This document shows, one piece after another, positions 46,515-55,469 of a stretch of DNA of 64,000 bases. The position numbers and the translations under genes were made by a program. The stretch spans positions 12,425-76,424 of the forward strand of contig JBHPMC010000002.1 of NCBI GenBank assembly GCA_042562495.1, in the 5' to 3' direction. The notes under the pieces are model-generated. The model made no database searches and was not told the origin of the DNA. It was given only the letters and a program-made list of their open reading frames with translations. The stretch's first letter is position 1. Every line of letters starts with the position of its first letter. Origin of the DNA: Candidatus Margulisiibacteriota bacterium (lineage in GTDB: Bacteria; Margulisbacteria; Termititenacia; CAZZFK01).

Positions 46515-47120
46515 ATGTATAAAAAGATAATAGCTTATAAAAAATTAATTTCAGAAACAAAATTGGATCAATTGCTGGAACATGTTGTGGATAATCTTGA
46601 TCCTGAACATATTTCCGTGATCCCGGAAGTATATTTCAGCAGGCGCTTAAAGACTATAATGCCTTTGATCTCAGCAGAATACCGAGAGATCATAAATAAT
46701 TCTAAGGATCCCATGGATTATATAGATGAGGAGGCACCCAGCGGGGCTTACAAATCTTTTTATCTAGCTATAATGGAAGGTTATTGGGAATACGATAAAG
46801 TATATTTTTCCAGCCCGGATAAGCCAAAAAAAGAAGCTGATGGCATTATTCAATCTAAAGCTCAAGTTAAGGCCGGTATCGTCAAGAATATCCAAGCTAG
46901 TTTACGTAAGATATTCTCGGAAAAGATCGTAGTCGGGTTACAAAGAGATGAGCTCAACGGTTTGGCCGATAGGCTGAAAGAATTCAAGATATTCAAAAAA
47001 TACCCAAAATATGCTCAATATCTTCATGAAATATTGGTCGAGCATATACTCAATAAAAGGCTAGAACTGGAAGATCCTTTTACCATAAGCATGATTCTGC
47101 ATATTACCCATATTATTTAA
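46515..47120 (+). CDS. Hypothetical protein (201 aa)
   Basis: AT-rich ORF with no recognisable motif. Confidence 0.45.
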   Translation: MYKKIIAYKKLISETKLDQLLEHVVDNLDPEHISVIPEVYFSRRLKTIMPLISAEYREIINNSKDPMDYIDEEAPSGAYKSFYLAIMEGYWEYDKVYFSSPDKPKKEADGIIQSKAQVKAGIVKNIQASLRKIFSEKIVVGLQRDELNGLADRLKEFKIFKKYPKYAQYLHEILVEHILNKRLELEDPFTISMILHITHII

Positions 47121-47133
47121 TGTTCTTGAAGCA

Positions 47134-47316
47134 ATGAATGAAACAATTAAAGATAAAGGCGGGAAAGAGTTGCTTGTGAAGATATATCAATTAAGTTATT
47201 ACATAAAAAAGGTATCGGGGAGAAAAGCATTAAATCTTTTGGAAAAATTGGAATTACTTAAAGAGATAAAAAAGGTTTTGTTGGAAGAATCCGATCATGA
47301 TGAGGATGATGATTGA
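47134..47316 (+). CDS. Hypothetical small protein with acidic C-terminus
   Basis: 60-aa ORF 13 nt after the previous gene. It ends in EESDHDEDDD. Confidence 0.3.
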   Translation: MNETIKDKGGKELLVKIYQLSYYIKKVSGRKALNLLEKLELLKEIKKVLLEESDHDEDDD

Positions 47317-47323
47317 TACAAGC

Positions 47324-47713
47324 TTATTGGCACAATCTATAACCAAGCTTTACAGCATATATGCCCAGCAAGACCATCAGTATTCCCAGTGCATTGTTCA
47401 AGGCAATATTGGTCAGCAGCATTTTGATCTGCCCCTGCTTAAATAAATGATAGTTTTCCAGGCTGTATGTTGAAAAAGTAGTATAAGCTCCCAAGAAGCC
47501 TATCAATAAAAAGCTGCGCAGATCGCTGGGGTGCTGAAAGGTATATTCCATCAGCTGAAAAAATATGCCTATCATGAAAGATCCGCTCAGATTGACCGCC
47601 AGGGTTCCCCAGAGCATTAAGCTGCCCGTAAAATGTGCTGTAAGATTATATATATAATGCCGGCTGAGCGCTCCCAATCCGCCGCCCAGAAAGATAAATA
47701 ATAATAATTGCAT
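47324..47713 (-). CDS. crcB: Fluoride ion channel CrcB/FluC
   Basis: 129 aa with four TM helices. GGGLGALSR and GFLGAYTTFSTY. Confidence 0.85.
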   Translation of the reverse strand: MQLLLFIFLGGGLGALSRHYIYNLTAHFTGSLMLWGTLAVNLSGSFMIGIFFQLMEYTFQHPSDLRSFLLIGFLGAYTTFSTYSLENYHLFKQGQIKMLLTNIALNNALGILMVLLGIYAVKLGYRLCQ

Positions 47714-47790
47714 GCGCGAGATTATAACATAGATAGCAAGCTCTGCTTTCTATCAGCAGGAAAAACAGGGGGTTTTCTTTTTTAGGATTC

Positions 47791-47954
47791 TGTAGTAGTA
47801 TTCATTTGTTACAGGTTCTTTATCAGTTTTATTTTCTTTCGTTTTTTCTTCGCAAACTCTTAGTTTTCAGAAGTAATTGATCGAATCTATTAATTTCCAT
47901 AAAGAAGTAGTCGACTTGTACGTTAAACAAATAAATTTTTGAAAGGAGACCAAT
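47791..47954 (+). promoter_or_regulatory. Conserved long leader of rbp gene 1 (paralogous to 49221-49378)
   Basis: Blocks shared with the second rbp leader are TGTAGTAnTAT, GTTnCAnGTTCTTTA, ATTTCTTyCG and GTCGnCTTGnACGTnAAnCAAAnnAAATT...AAAGGAGA. Confidence 0.5.
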
Positions 47955-48239
47955 ATGGCTAAGAAATTATATGTAGGCGGATTATCTTACAGCACCACTA
48001 ACGAAAGCTTAAAAACAGCTTTCGCACAAGCCGGTGCCGTAGAATCTGCTGTGATCATCATGGATAGAGAATCCGGAAGATCAAAGGGTTTTGGCTTTGT
48101 AGAATTCAGTTCGGATTCCGAAGCTGATCAGGCTATCACTATGTTCAATGATCAAGAGCTCGATGGGCGCAAGATCAACGTGAACGTTGCTAGACCTAAA
48201 GTTGAACGCAAAGAGAACAGCTTCAGCAGAAGCTACTAA
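47955..48239 (+). CDS. RRM-type RNA-binding protein
   Basis: 94 aa. RNP2 KLYVGGLSY and RNP1 KGFGFVEF. Confidence 0.9.
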   Translation: MAKKLYVGGLSYSTTNESLKTAFAQAGAVESAVIIMDRESGRSKGFGFVEFSSDSEADQAITMFNDQELDGRKINVNVARPKVERKENSFSRSY

Positions 48240-48252
48240 GCGTTTTAAGGAT

Positions 48253-48282
48253 GGGGCGCGTGAGAACGCGCCCCTCTATTCC
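48253..48282 (+). terminator. Possible terminator after rbp gene 1
   Basis: GGGGCGCG-tgagaa-CGCGCCCC forms an 8-bp GC stem (48253-48274). The trailing T-run (TCTATTCC) is weak. Confidence 0.4.
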
Positions 48283-48418
48283 AAGCTGTACTTCAAGAGC
48301 AAAGGCTTCCCACCTGATTTATCAATACTTTTCGATAATAAAAATATATATGGCGGATCAAGATCAGAATAGCTGAACTAAGAGAGGTTCTGTTTTAAGT
48401 TTTCTTCAGTTATTATTT

Positions 48419-49051
48419 TTAAGCCAGGTAAATTAATATGACCAGAAAATGCAGAAAAGAAGCAATGAGCACAAGGGTGTGCCAAAGTTCGTGATAGCCG
48501 AAAGCTCTGGAGAAGTTAGGTTTTCTAATAGTATAAATGATCCCGCCTACAGAATAGACCAAGCCTCCGCTCAAGAACAAAAGAAAACCCTGTATAGGTA
48601 AAGCGGCCAGCAAAGGCTTGAAGACGACAATGACCAGCCAGCCCATAATTATATAAAAAGTGGTCGTCAACCAGCGGGGCAGGTTGATATAGATCGCTTG
48701 TAAAGTGATAGCCGTTATCGCTAATCCCCAGCTGATGCCAAATAATGTCCAGCCCCAGGCGCCTCGCAAGGTTACCAGGCAAAAAGGAGTATAAGTTCCG
48801 GCAATCAGGGCATAGATCGCTAAATGATCTAATTTACGGAAGATCTGATAACGTCCGCCAGTTTTTTTAGGTAGCCAGTGGTATAGAGTGCTAAAAGTAT
48901 ACAGCAGGAAAAGAGTGGTACCATAGATCGAAAAAGAGACGATCTTCCAAGGGGAATCCACTCCTTTTACTATCAAAATGACCAGTGCCGGGATAGCCAA
49001 AAAGGCCCCGATCAAGTGGAGAAAGCCGGCTAAAGGTGTTCTTAAATCCAT
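48419..49051 (-). CDS. Hemolysin III / PAQR-family membrane protein
   Basis: 210 aa with seven TM helices. LDHLAIY, HELWHTLV. Confidence 0.8.
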   Translation of the reverse strand: MDLRTPLAGFLHLIGAFLAIPALVILIVKGVDSPWKIVSFSIYGTTLFLLYTFSTLYHWLPKKTGGRYQIFRKLDHLAIYALIAGTYTPFCLVTLRGAWGWTLFGISWGLAITAITLQAIYINLPRWLTTTFYIIMGWLVIVVFKPLLAALPIQGFLLFLSGGLVYSVGGIIYTIRKPNFSRAFGYHELWHTLVLIASFLHFLVILIYLA

Positions 49052-49220
49052 AACGGCGAAATTATACTAGTAGATAATAATAATAAAAAGTATTTTTATA
49101 TTAATGAATAATCAGCATTTAAGCTATAAAGCGGCCGATCCATCGCGTTTTACTCAGCTAAAAATGGGCAAATATAGCTGGATCTGGGGAGGAAGCTAGT
49201 ATTTCTTTTTTCAATAAAAA

Positions 49221-49378
49221 TGTAGTAATATATTGTCGTTGCAAGTTCTTTAAGGTTTAGATTTCTTCGCTATTTTTCTCAGCTGTTAGGTTTCCCAAGA
49301 AGAGATAGGTAAGGAAGAATACTGATCAAGAACAGGTCGTCTTGCACGTAAAGCAAAATAAATTAAAGGAGAACTAAA
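49221..49378 (+). promoter_or_regulatory. Conserved long leader of rbp gene 2
   Basis: See 47791-47954. It has the same block order and similar length (158 versus 164 nt). Confidence 0.5.
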
Positions 49379-49696
49379 TTGGCTAAAAAATTATATGTAG
49401 GTAGCTTGTCATTCAGTACTACAGATGAAAGTTTGCGCACTGCTTTTGCTCAGGCTGGCACTGTCGAATCAGCATCTGTTATCACTGATCGTGCTTCCGG
49501 CAGATCCAAAGGTTTTGGTTTTGTCGAAATGAGCACGGATGAAGAAGCTAAAAAGGCTATTGAAATGTTCAATGGTCAGGATCTTGACGGTCGTAAATTG
49601 ATCGTTAACGAAGCAAGGCCTAAGACCGATCGCGGCCCTGGTGGTGGTGGACGCGGGCATGGTTTTGGTGGCGGCAACAAAGAACGTCGTTTCTAG
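49379..49696 (+). CDS. RRM-type RNA-binding protein with Gly-rich C-terminus (TTG start)
   Basis: 105 aa. KLYVGSLSF, KGFGFVEM and a tail GPGGGGRGHGFGGGN. The start codon TTG follows AAAGGAGA. Confidence 0.88.
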   Translation: MAKKLYVGSLSFSTTDESLRTAFAQAGTVESASVITDRASGRSKGFGFVEMSTDEEAKKAIEMFNGQDLDGRKLIVNEARPKTDRGPGGGGRGHGFGGGNKERRF

Positions 49697-49719
49697 ATTT
49701 GATTATTGAGTAACAGGGG

Positions 49720-52119
49720 TTAAGGCTGAATAAGACGGTCACCAACGGTGACAATGCATTTTTTGCCGTTTTCTTTGGCCTCCTGCTGTCTCGAGTCGGC
49801 GGTCGACAAGAAGTTCTCCGGTGAATGAAAATCTTCTTCACTGGAGCAGGCTGCGCCGAAAGAAGCCGAGATATCCACTTTTTGTTTTATACTCTTTTTA
49901 CCTACATGATCGATCAATTTCTCTCGTAGTTCACTCGTAGTTATATTATCGAACTGCAGTTCCAGGAATTTATCCATGGCAGCGTTCAAGTGCTTGTTCT
50001 TAGTATCGAAGATATTTACATCTTCCAGGGTAGCTAATATATAGTCTTTGATCTCCTGAAGGACCTCTTCTTTGATATTAGCCTGTTGGGACCTATGCTT
50101 AGAGCTGTTCTGGAACAATTCATCCATAAGCATGATCAATTCCCGATGATCATCAGTTTCTATTTCTCTATCCAGATACTTACTTAGCTTTTCTTTGAGT
50201 TTTTTCATGCTTTTGGTATCTTCTTGTTTTTTTAATATCCCAAGGTAGTTCCTGAACATCTTCTGACGTTTAGTTAGTACTTCTTTTGTCTCTTGCTTCT
50301 TGGTCTTCTTACCGCGTTGTTCTTTATCGGTAGATCTTTCCGGATTCATGAGCTTATCAAGCATGCCGATCAGATTTATATGGAATTTCCCATCATCGAT
50401 AACATCCTTTTTGGCGATGTCCAAATTGACAGATATGGGATTATTAATGATCTCTGCCAGCAGATTTTCTGTGGCCTTGGTCACCTGTTCTTCGTTCAAG
50501 TGTCCCAGAATAATGAATTCATCGCCGCCGTAACGAGCTGCCAGGCAATTGCCTTTCTGACAGATACTGTTGATCTTATTGAGCTGGGCCAAGAACAGTT
50601 TGCCGATATGGGCCAGGAGCTGGTCGCCAAATCCGTGGCTGACCATATCGTTCCAAAATTTTAGATTATCCATATCAACGAAGATCAAGCCTGCTTTTTC
50701 ACCGGTGGTTTTATAATGTAAATAATATTCCAGGATCTTGGCGCGAATAAATCGTCTGTTGTAGAGGCCGGTATCCAGGTCGTATTTGCCCAATACGCTC
50801 ATCACGCAGTTCTTAACGTTGCTGTTGATGATCTTGAGGATGTCTTTCAGCATCTCGGCATGTCTTGGAGAGAGGTCATTTTTAGGTGCTATATATAGGA
50901 GGATATCCAAAGAGCCGCTTTCTTCACCCATGGTCAATTTTTCCTGAAGAAAATTCCCGGCGTGGAGCTCGGCCTTGGAATAAGGCCGGTCATTGATCGC
51001 AAAAGAGAGAGCTTGTTCCGGATCGAATGATTTTTTAATAAAACGAGAAATATCTTGGTCCATAAAATAGAGTTGCATTTTTTTATAGCCGAACATCCTG
51101 TTCAAGAGCATGGCAGAATGATTGAGTACAAAGGCAATATCTTTATTGACCATGTTCGCCTGCTGTTTTTTGACAAACCTTTCCCAATGAAGCTCCTTGT
51201 TGGCGATCATCTTTTCAAAGGTCTTCTGTAGTATTGTATTGAAGATAGTATAAAAATCATCGAAACAATTCGGGCCGTTCTTGGTGAAGTTATTGTGGCT
51301 TTTACTTTCAAAAAACATTTCAGCCGAGATCTGCTCGGTGATCGGCAGATCCACTCTTATTGAATCTGTAGGCATTTCTTTTTTTTGCTTGATCGGTTTT
51401 TTTCCTTCCTTATCTACAACAGTCAGTTCGATATTGTGTTTGGCTTTCTTGGGCAATGATTTTAAATCCAGATATTCGATATTCATAGTATCGGCCTGTG
51501 TGTCTAATTTAAATTTAATGGTCTGGGAGTGCAGCGGTGTACCCAGATCTTCGGAGAAGATGAAATTGATCTGGCCTTCCTGTAGATCCAGGTATTGTTT
51601 GCCTAGCTCAATGAATTCTTTGACCACTTCTTTTAAGTTGATCGTTGATTGAGTATGGCTGAAAGAATAACCGCCGATCATATGGGCGAAATGTTTGAAT
51701 TCTTTTTGTTTGATATCCACGAATTTACTGAATACTGCTTGTTTAGCCTGGAGGGAAGGATCTCCTTCAAATTCAACAGAAAGTATCCAGCGACCGATTC
51801 GGATCTTATGATTGAGATTAGTACCTTTAACGCCCGGCACTATTTGTTCAAGTTGTGTTTTATGCATTGGATCACCATCATGTTTGGGGGATGGCGGCCC
51901 TTTACTTTTTAGATCTTCCTCTTTATCTTTTTTATCTTTACTATAAGCTTCAACTTGTTGAGTGATTATCGGGGATTTCTTTGTTTTGCCAGTATGGTAA
52001 AACCTGTGTAGAAATACACGCTTTACTCCATCGATCTCCTCTACGATATCCTTGATCGAACTTACAGAGATATATTCATCATATGTATTTATATCAAAAG
52101 CTAGTATTTTATACTGCAT
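49720..52119 (-). CDS. GGDEF-domain diguanylate cyclase with large unknown N-terminal region and C-terminal extension
   Basis: 799 aa. GLYNRRF...IFVDMDNLKFWND..GHGFGDQLL...ARYGGDEFIILG. About 440 aa N-terminal and about 190 aa C-terminal are unassigned. Confidence 0.8.
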   Translation of the reverse strand: MQYKILAFDINTYDEYISVSSIKDIVEEIDGVKRVFLHRFYHTGKTKKSPIITQQVEAYSKDKKDKEEDLKSKGPPSPKHDGDPMHKTQLEQIVPGVKGTNLNHKIRIGRWILSVEFEGDPSLQAKQAVFSKFVDIKQKEFKHFAHMIGGYSFSHTQSTINLKEVVKEFIELGKQYLDLQEGQINFIFSEDLGTPLHSQTIKFKLDTQADTMNIEYLDLKSLPKKAKHNIELTVVDKEGKKPIKQKKEMPTDSIRVDLPITEQISAEMFFESKSHNNFTKNGPNCFDDFYTIFNTILQKTFEKMIANKELHWERFVKKQQANMVNKDIAFVLNHSAMLLNRMFGYKKMQLYFMDQDISRFIKKSFDPEQALSFAINDRPYSKAELHAGNFLQEKLTMGEESGSLDILLYIAPKNDLSPRHAEMLKDILKIINSNVKNCVMSVLGKYDLDTGLYNRRFIRAKILEYYLHYKTTGEKAGLIFVDMDNLKFWNDMVSHGFGDQLLAHIGKLFLAQLNKINSICQKGNCLAARYGGDEFIILGHLNEEQVTKATENLLAEIINNPISVNLDIAKKDVIDDGKFHINLIGMLDKLMNPERSTDKEQRGKKTKKQETKEVLTKRQKMFRNYLGILKKQEDTKSMKKLKEKLSKYLDREIETDDHRELIMLMDELFQNSSKHRSQQANIKEEVLQEIKDYILATLEDVNIFDTKNKHLNAAMDKFLELQFDNITTSELREKLIDHVGKKSIKQKVDISASFGAACSSEEDFHSPENFLSTADSRQQEAKENGKKCIVTVGDRLIQP

Positions 52120-52195
52120 TGCTAAGGGCTCTTTTCTTATAAGTCATTTATAGGGAATATTAGCTTAGAAGCGTAATTCCCCCATTGTATAAATA

Positions 52196-52222
52196 TATCG
52201 TAAGCAAATCCTTAAAGTTGCA
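52196..52222 (-). promoter_or_regulatory. Sigma-28-like promoter motif (TGCAAC variant)
   Basis: Minus strand reads TGCAAC tttaaggatttg CTTACGATA, 76 nt upstream of start 52119. Confidence 0.45.
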
Positions 52223-52260
52223 GTTTTTTTTATGTATACAATGAAGAAAGCAGGCTTTGT

Positions 52261-52290
52261 TTGACAAAAAGGGGCCAAACAAGATAGTAT
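52261..52290 (+). promoter_or_regulatory. Sigma-70-type promoter of ppdK
   Basis: TTGACA (52261-52266), an 18-nt spacer, then TAGTAT (52285-52290). Confidence 0.55.
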
Positions 52291-52391
52291 AGCAACTGTT
52301 TTTTCACTTCATAGGAAATGTGGAGGCCGATTTTTTACGATTATCACATAAAAAAATCAACAATATACTTTGAAAGGGGAAATTTAAAATC

Positions 52392-55271
52392 ATGGCAAAA
52401 AAAGGCGCAGTTAAGGTAAAAAAAGTAAAAAAAGGCTTAAAGGTCAGTGCAAGGGTGGTGACCAAAGCTGTAAGTTCAGATAAAACTAAAATGGTCTATT
52501 TCTTTGGTAGTGGAAAAGGCGAAGGCAATGTAAATATGAAGGATCTTTTAGGAGGAAAAGGAGCTAACTTGGCCGAGATGACCAATTCTGGCGTCAATGT
52601 TCCTGCCGGATTTACAATTACCACAGAAACTTGTGATGCTTATTATAAAGCAGGCAAAAAAATGCCTAAAGGCTTGGACGCTCAAGTAGAAGCCAATATG
52701 AAGAAATTGGAAAAAGCTATGGGTATGAAGTTCGGCGATCCTAAGAATCCTCTTTTAGTTTCTGTGCGTTCCGGAGCAAAAGAATCTATGCCCGGTATGA
52801 TGGATACGGTTTTAAATCTTGGTCTTAACGAAAAGATAGTTGAAGAAATGGCCAAGAAGACCAAGAACCCGCGTTTTGCCTGGGATTCCTACCGTCGTTT
52901 TATTCAAATGTTCGGTGATGTTGCTATGGATGTTCCTAAGCATGATTTCGAACAGTTGCTGATAGAAGAAAAAAACGCGTATGCCAAAAGGAACGGTAAA
53001 AATCCAAAAGAAGTAAAAGATACGGATCTAAGCGCCGAAGATCTTAAAGCGCTGGTTAAAAAATATAAAGCTCTGTATAAGAAAGTAAAAGGCGAAGAGT
53101 TTCCTGACGATCCTATGAAGCAATTGTGGGCTTCTGTGGGAGCTGTATTTGGTTCCTGGAACAATGAAAGAGCGATCGTTTACCGTCGTAAATATAATAT
53201 CAAAGGTTTACTAGGGACCGCGGTCAACGTTCAGGCTATGGTCTTCGGTAATATGGGTGAAGATTCCGGTACCGGCGTATGTTTTTCCAGAGATCCGGCC
53301 ACCGGTCAAAAAGAATTCTATGGAGAATTTTTGATCAATGCTCAAGGTGAAGATGTTGTGGCCGGTATCCGTACACCGCAGCAGATCTCTTTAAGAGCTT
53401 CCAAAGAATGGGCTAAAGATAACGAGGTCTCTGAAGCAGATCGTAAAGCGGACTTTCCTTCATTAGAAGAAAAGATGCCTGCTGTTTACAAACAATTAGT
53501 GAAATATAAAGATATGTTGGAAAAGCATTATGCCGATATGCAGGACATGGAGTTCACCATTCAGGATAAGAAGCTGTATATGCTGCAGACCAGGAATGGT
53601 AAGCGTACCGGATTTGCCGCTATCAAGTGTGCAGTAGATATGGTCAAAGAAAAAATGATCGACAAGAATACCGCGGTTAGCCGTGTTCTTCCCGACCAGT
53701 TGAATGAATTGCTACGTCCGATATTCGATCAAGTTGAAAAAGACAAGGCGATCAAAGCAGGTCATCTGATCGCTAAAGGTTTGAATGCAGGCCCTGGCGC
53801 TGCTACCGGGAAGGTCTATTTTTCTGCAGCAGAAGCTGTAGAAGGTACTGAAAAACGCGGTGAGGATACGATCCTGGTCCGCATTGAGACCACGCCGGAA
53901 GATATCAAAGGGATGATAGTTGCTAAAGGTATTCTTACCGCCATGGGCGGAGCTACTTCACATGCTGCTGTAGTTGCCCGTCAATTGGGCACGGTCTGTG
54001 TGGCCGGCTGCGGCAAGCTGCAGATCGATTACAAGACCAAGAGCATGTCTGTTGGCAAAGAGGTCATCAAGCAAGGCGATTATATTTCGATCGACGGTTT
54101 TACCGGCGAGGTCATAAAAGGTCAGGTTCATACTAAGCCTTCGGAGATCCTGCAGGTAGTTATCGAAGGTTCATTGGATAAGAAAGATTCTGAGCTGTAT
54201 CAGGAATACAACAGTATCATGACCTGGGCCGACGGGATCAGGAAGCTAAGGGTCCGGACAAATGCCGATCAGCCGGATCAATGTGAAAATGCTATTAAAT
54301 TCGGTGCTGAAGGTATCGGGCTGTGCCGTACCGAGCATATGTTTTTTGGCGGAGACCGCATCAAAGCTGTGCGCGAGATGATCCTTTCCGATACCGCGGA
54401 AGGCCGCAAGAAAGCATTAGCTAAATTGCTGCCAATGCAAAGAGAAGATTTTACCGGTGTATTCAAAGCCATGCAGGGTTTTCCGGTCACTATACGTCTG
54501 CTCGATCCGCCTTTGCACGAATTCTTACCGCATAAGGATTCAGATATCGAAGAATTGGCTAAAGAGATGAACGTCTCGGTTGAAAAATTAAAGATAAAAG
54601 TAAAATCTTTACATGAATTCAATCCGATGCTCGGGCATCGCGGTTGTCGTTTGAGCATTACTTATCCTGAGATCTGCGAAATGCAGGTGCAGGCGATCAT
54701 GGAAGCGGCCGTAGAGATCAAGAGATCCGGAAAGGATATCATCCCGGAGATCATGATCCCTCTAGTAGGTCACGTTAAAGAGCTGAAGATCTTAAAAGAT
54801 CTTTCTATTAAGGTGATCGCTGATGTCTTGAAAAAAGCTAAAGTAAAGATGGATTATAAGATCGGGACAATGATCGAAGTTCCCCGGGCAGCAATGACCG
54901 CAGATGAGATCGCCGAGGAAGCAGAATTCTTTTCTTTCGGCACAAATGATCTTACTCAAATGGGTTGCGGTTTTTCCCGAGATGATTCCGGGAGCTTTTT
55001 GCCAGAATATGTTGAAAAAGGTATCTACGATAAGGATCCCTTCCAAAGCTTGGATCAGCCGGGTATCGGTCGTATGATGGAGTATTGTATCCAGTCTGGC
55101 AGGAAGGTAAATAAAGATCTCAAGATCGGTATTTGCGGAGAGCACGGCGGCGATCCGGATACCGTAGAATTCTGTCATCGGATCGGCCTAAATTATGTTT
55201 CTTGTTCACCATTCCGCGTGCCCATTGCGCGTCTTGCAGCAGCGCAGGCTGTCTTAAAAGAACAAAAGTAA
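52392..55271 (+). CDS. ppdK: Pyruvate, phosphate dikinase
   Basis: 959 aa. LLGGKGANLAEM, phospho-His region GGATSHAAVVARQ and the C-terminal PEP-utilising domain (GICGEHGGDP). It has a Lys-rich N-terminal extension of about 33 aa if ATG 52392 is used. Confidence 0.92.
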   Translation: MAKKGAVKVKKVKKGLKVSARVVTKAVSSDKTKMVYFFGSGKGEGNVNMKDLLGGKGANLAEMTNSGVNVPAGFTITTETCDAYYKAGKKMPKGLDAQVEANMKKLEKAMGMKFGDPKNPLLVSVRSGAKESMPGMMDTVLNLGLNEKIVEEMAKKTKNPRFAWDSYRRFIQMFGDVAMDVPKHDFEQLLIEEKNAYAKRNGKNPKEVKDTDLSAEDLKALVKKYKALYKKVKGEEFPDDPMKQLWASVGAVFGSWNNERAIVYRRKYNIKGLLGTAVNVQAMVFGNMGEDSGTGVCFSRDPATGQKEFYGEFLINAQGEDVVAGIRTPQQISLRASKEWAKDNEVSEADRKADFPSLEEKMPAVYKQLVKYKDMLEKHYADMQDMEFTIQDKKLYMLQTRNGKRTGFAAIKCAVDMVKEKMIDKNTAVSRVLPDQLNELLRPIFDQVEKDKAIKAGHLIAKGLNAGPGAATGKVYFSAAEAVEGTEKRGEDTILVRIETTPEDIKGMIVAKGILTAMGGATSHAAVVARQLGTVCVAGCGKLQIDYKTKSMSVGKEVIKQGDYISIDGFTGEVIKGQVHTKPSEILQVVIEGSLDKKDSELYQEYNSIMTWADGIRKLRVRTNADQPDQCENAIKFGAEGIGLCRTEHMFFGGDRIKAVREMILSDTAEGRKKALAKLLPMQREDFTGVFKAMQGFPVTIRLLDPPLHEFLPHKDSDIEELAKEMNVSVEKLKIKVKSLHEFNPMLGHRGCRLSITYPEICEMQVQAIMEAAVEIKRSGKDIIPEIMIPLVGHVKELKILKDLSIKVIADVLKKAKVKMDYKIGTMIEVPRAAMTADEIAEEAEFFSFGTNDLTQMGCGFSRDDSGSFLPEYVEKGIYDKDPFQSLDQPGIGRMMEYCIQSGRKVNKDLKIGICGEHGGDPDTVEFCHRIGLNYVSCSPFRVPIARLAAAQAVLKEQK

Positions 55272-55277
55272 ACTAAT

Positions 55278-55331
55278 AAACCACAGAGGAGCAGCAAAGA
55301 TAAATTAAGCTTTCTGTATCTTCTGTGGTTT
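55278..55331 (+). terminator. Possible terminator hairpin after ppdK
   Basis: AAACCACAGA (55278-55287) pairs with TCTGTGGTTT (55322-55331). The loop is long (34 nt). Confidence 0.35.
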
Positions 55332-55410
55332 AATATTAAGGCAAGTTTACTTAAGGGAAAGACGATATATTAAATAGCAGGGCGAGGGTAAAAAATCCAA
55401 AAAAATTCCG

Positions 55411-55437
55411 TGAAATTTCGATGGTTTACTTACGATA
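55411..55437 (+). promoter_or_regulatory. Sigma-28-like promoter motif upstream of dnaG
   Basis: gTGAAAT ttcgatggttta CTTACGATA, 32 nt upstream of ATG 55470. Confidence 0.6.
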
Positions 55438-55469
55438 GCTTAGTGAATGTTTGATAGGAATAAAAAAAT

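Noticed and set aside
47714-47790. An expected fluoride riboswitch upstream of crcB
   Set aside because: The minus-strand upstream sequence shows TTATAAT only 7 nt before the ATG. It shows none of the conserved crcB-motif elements that I can recall. No riboswitch can be supported.
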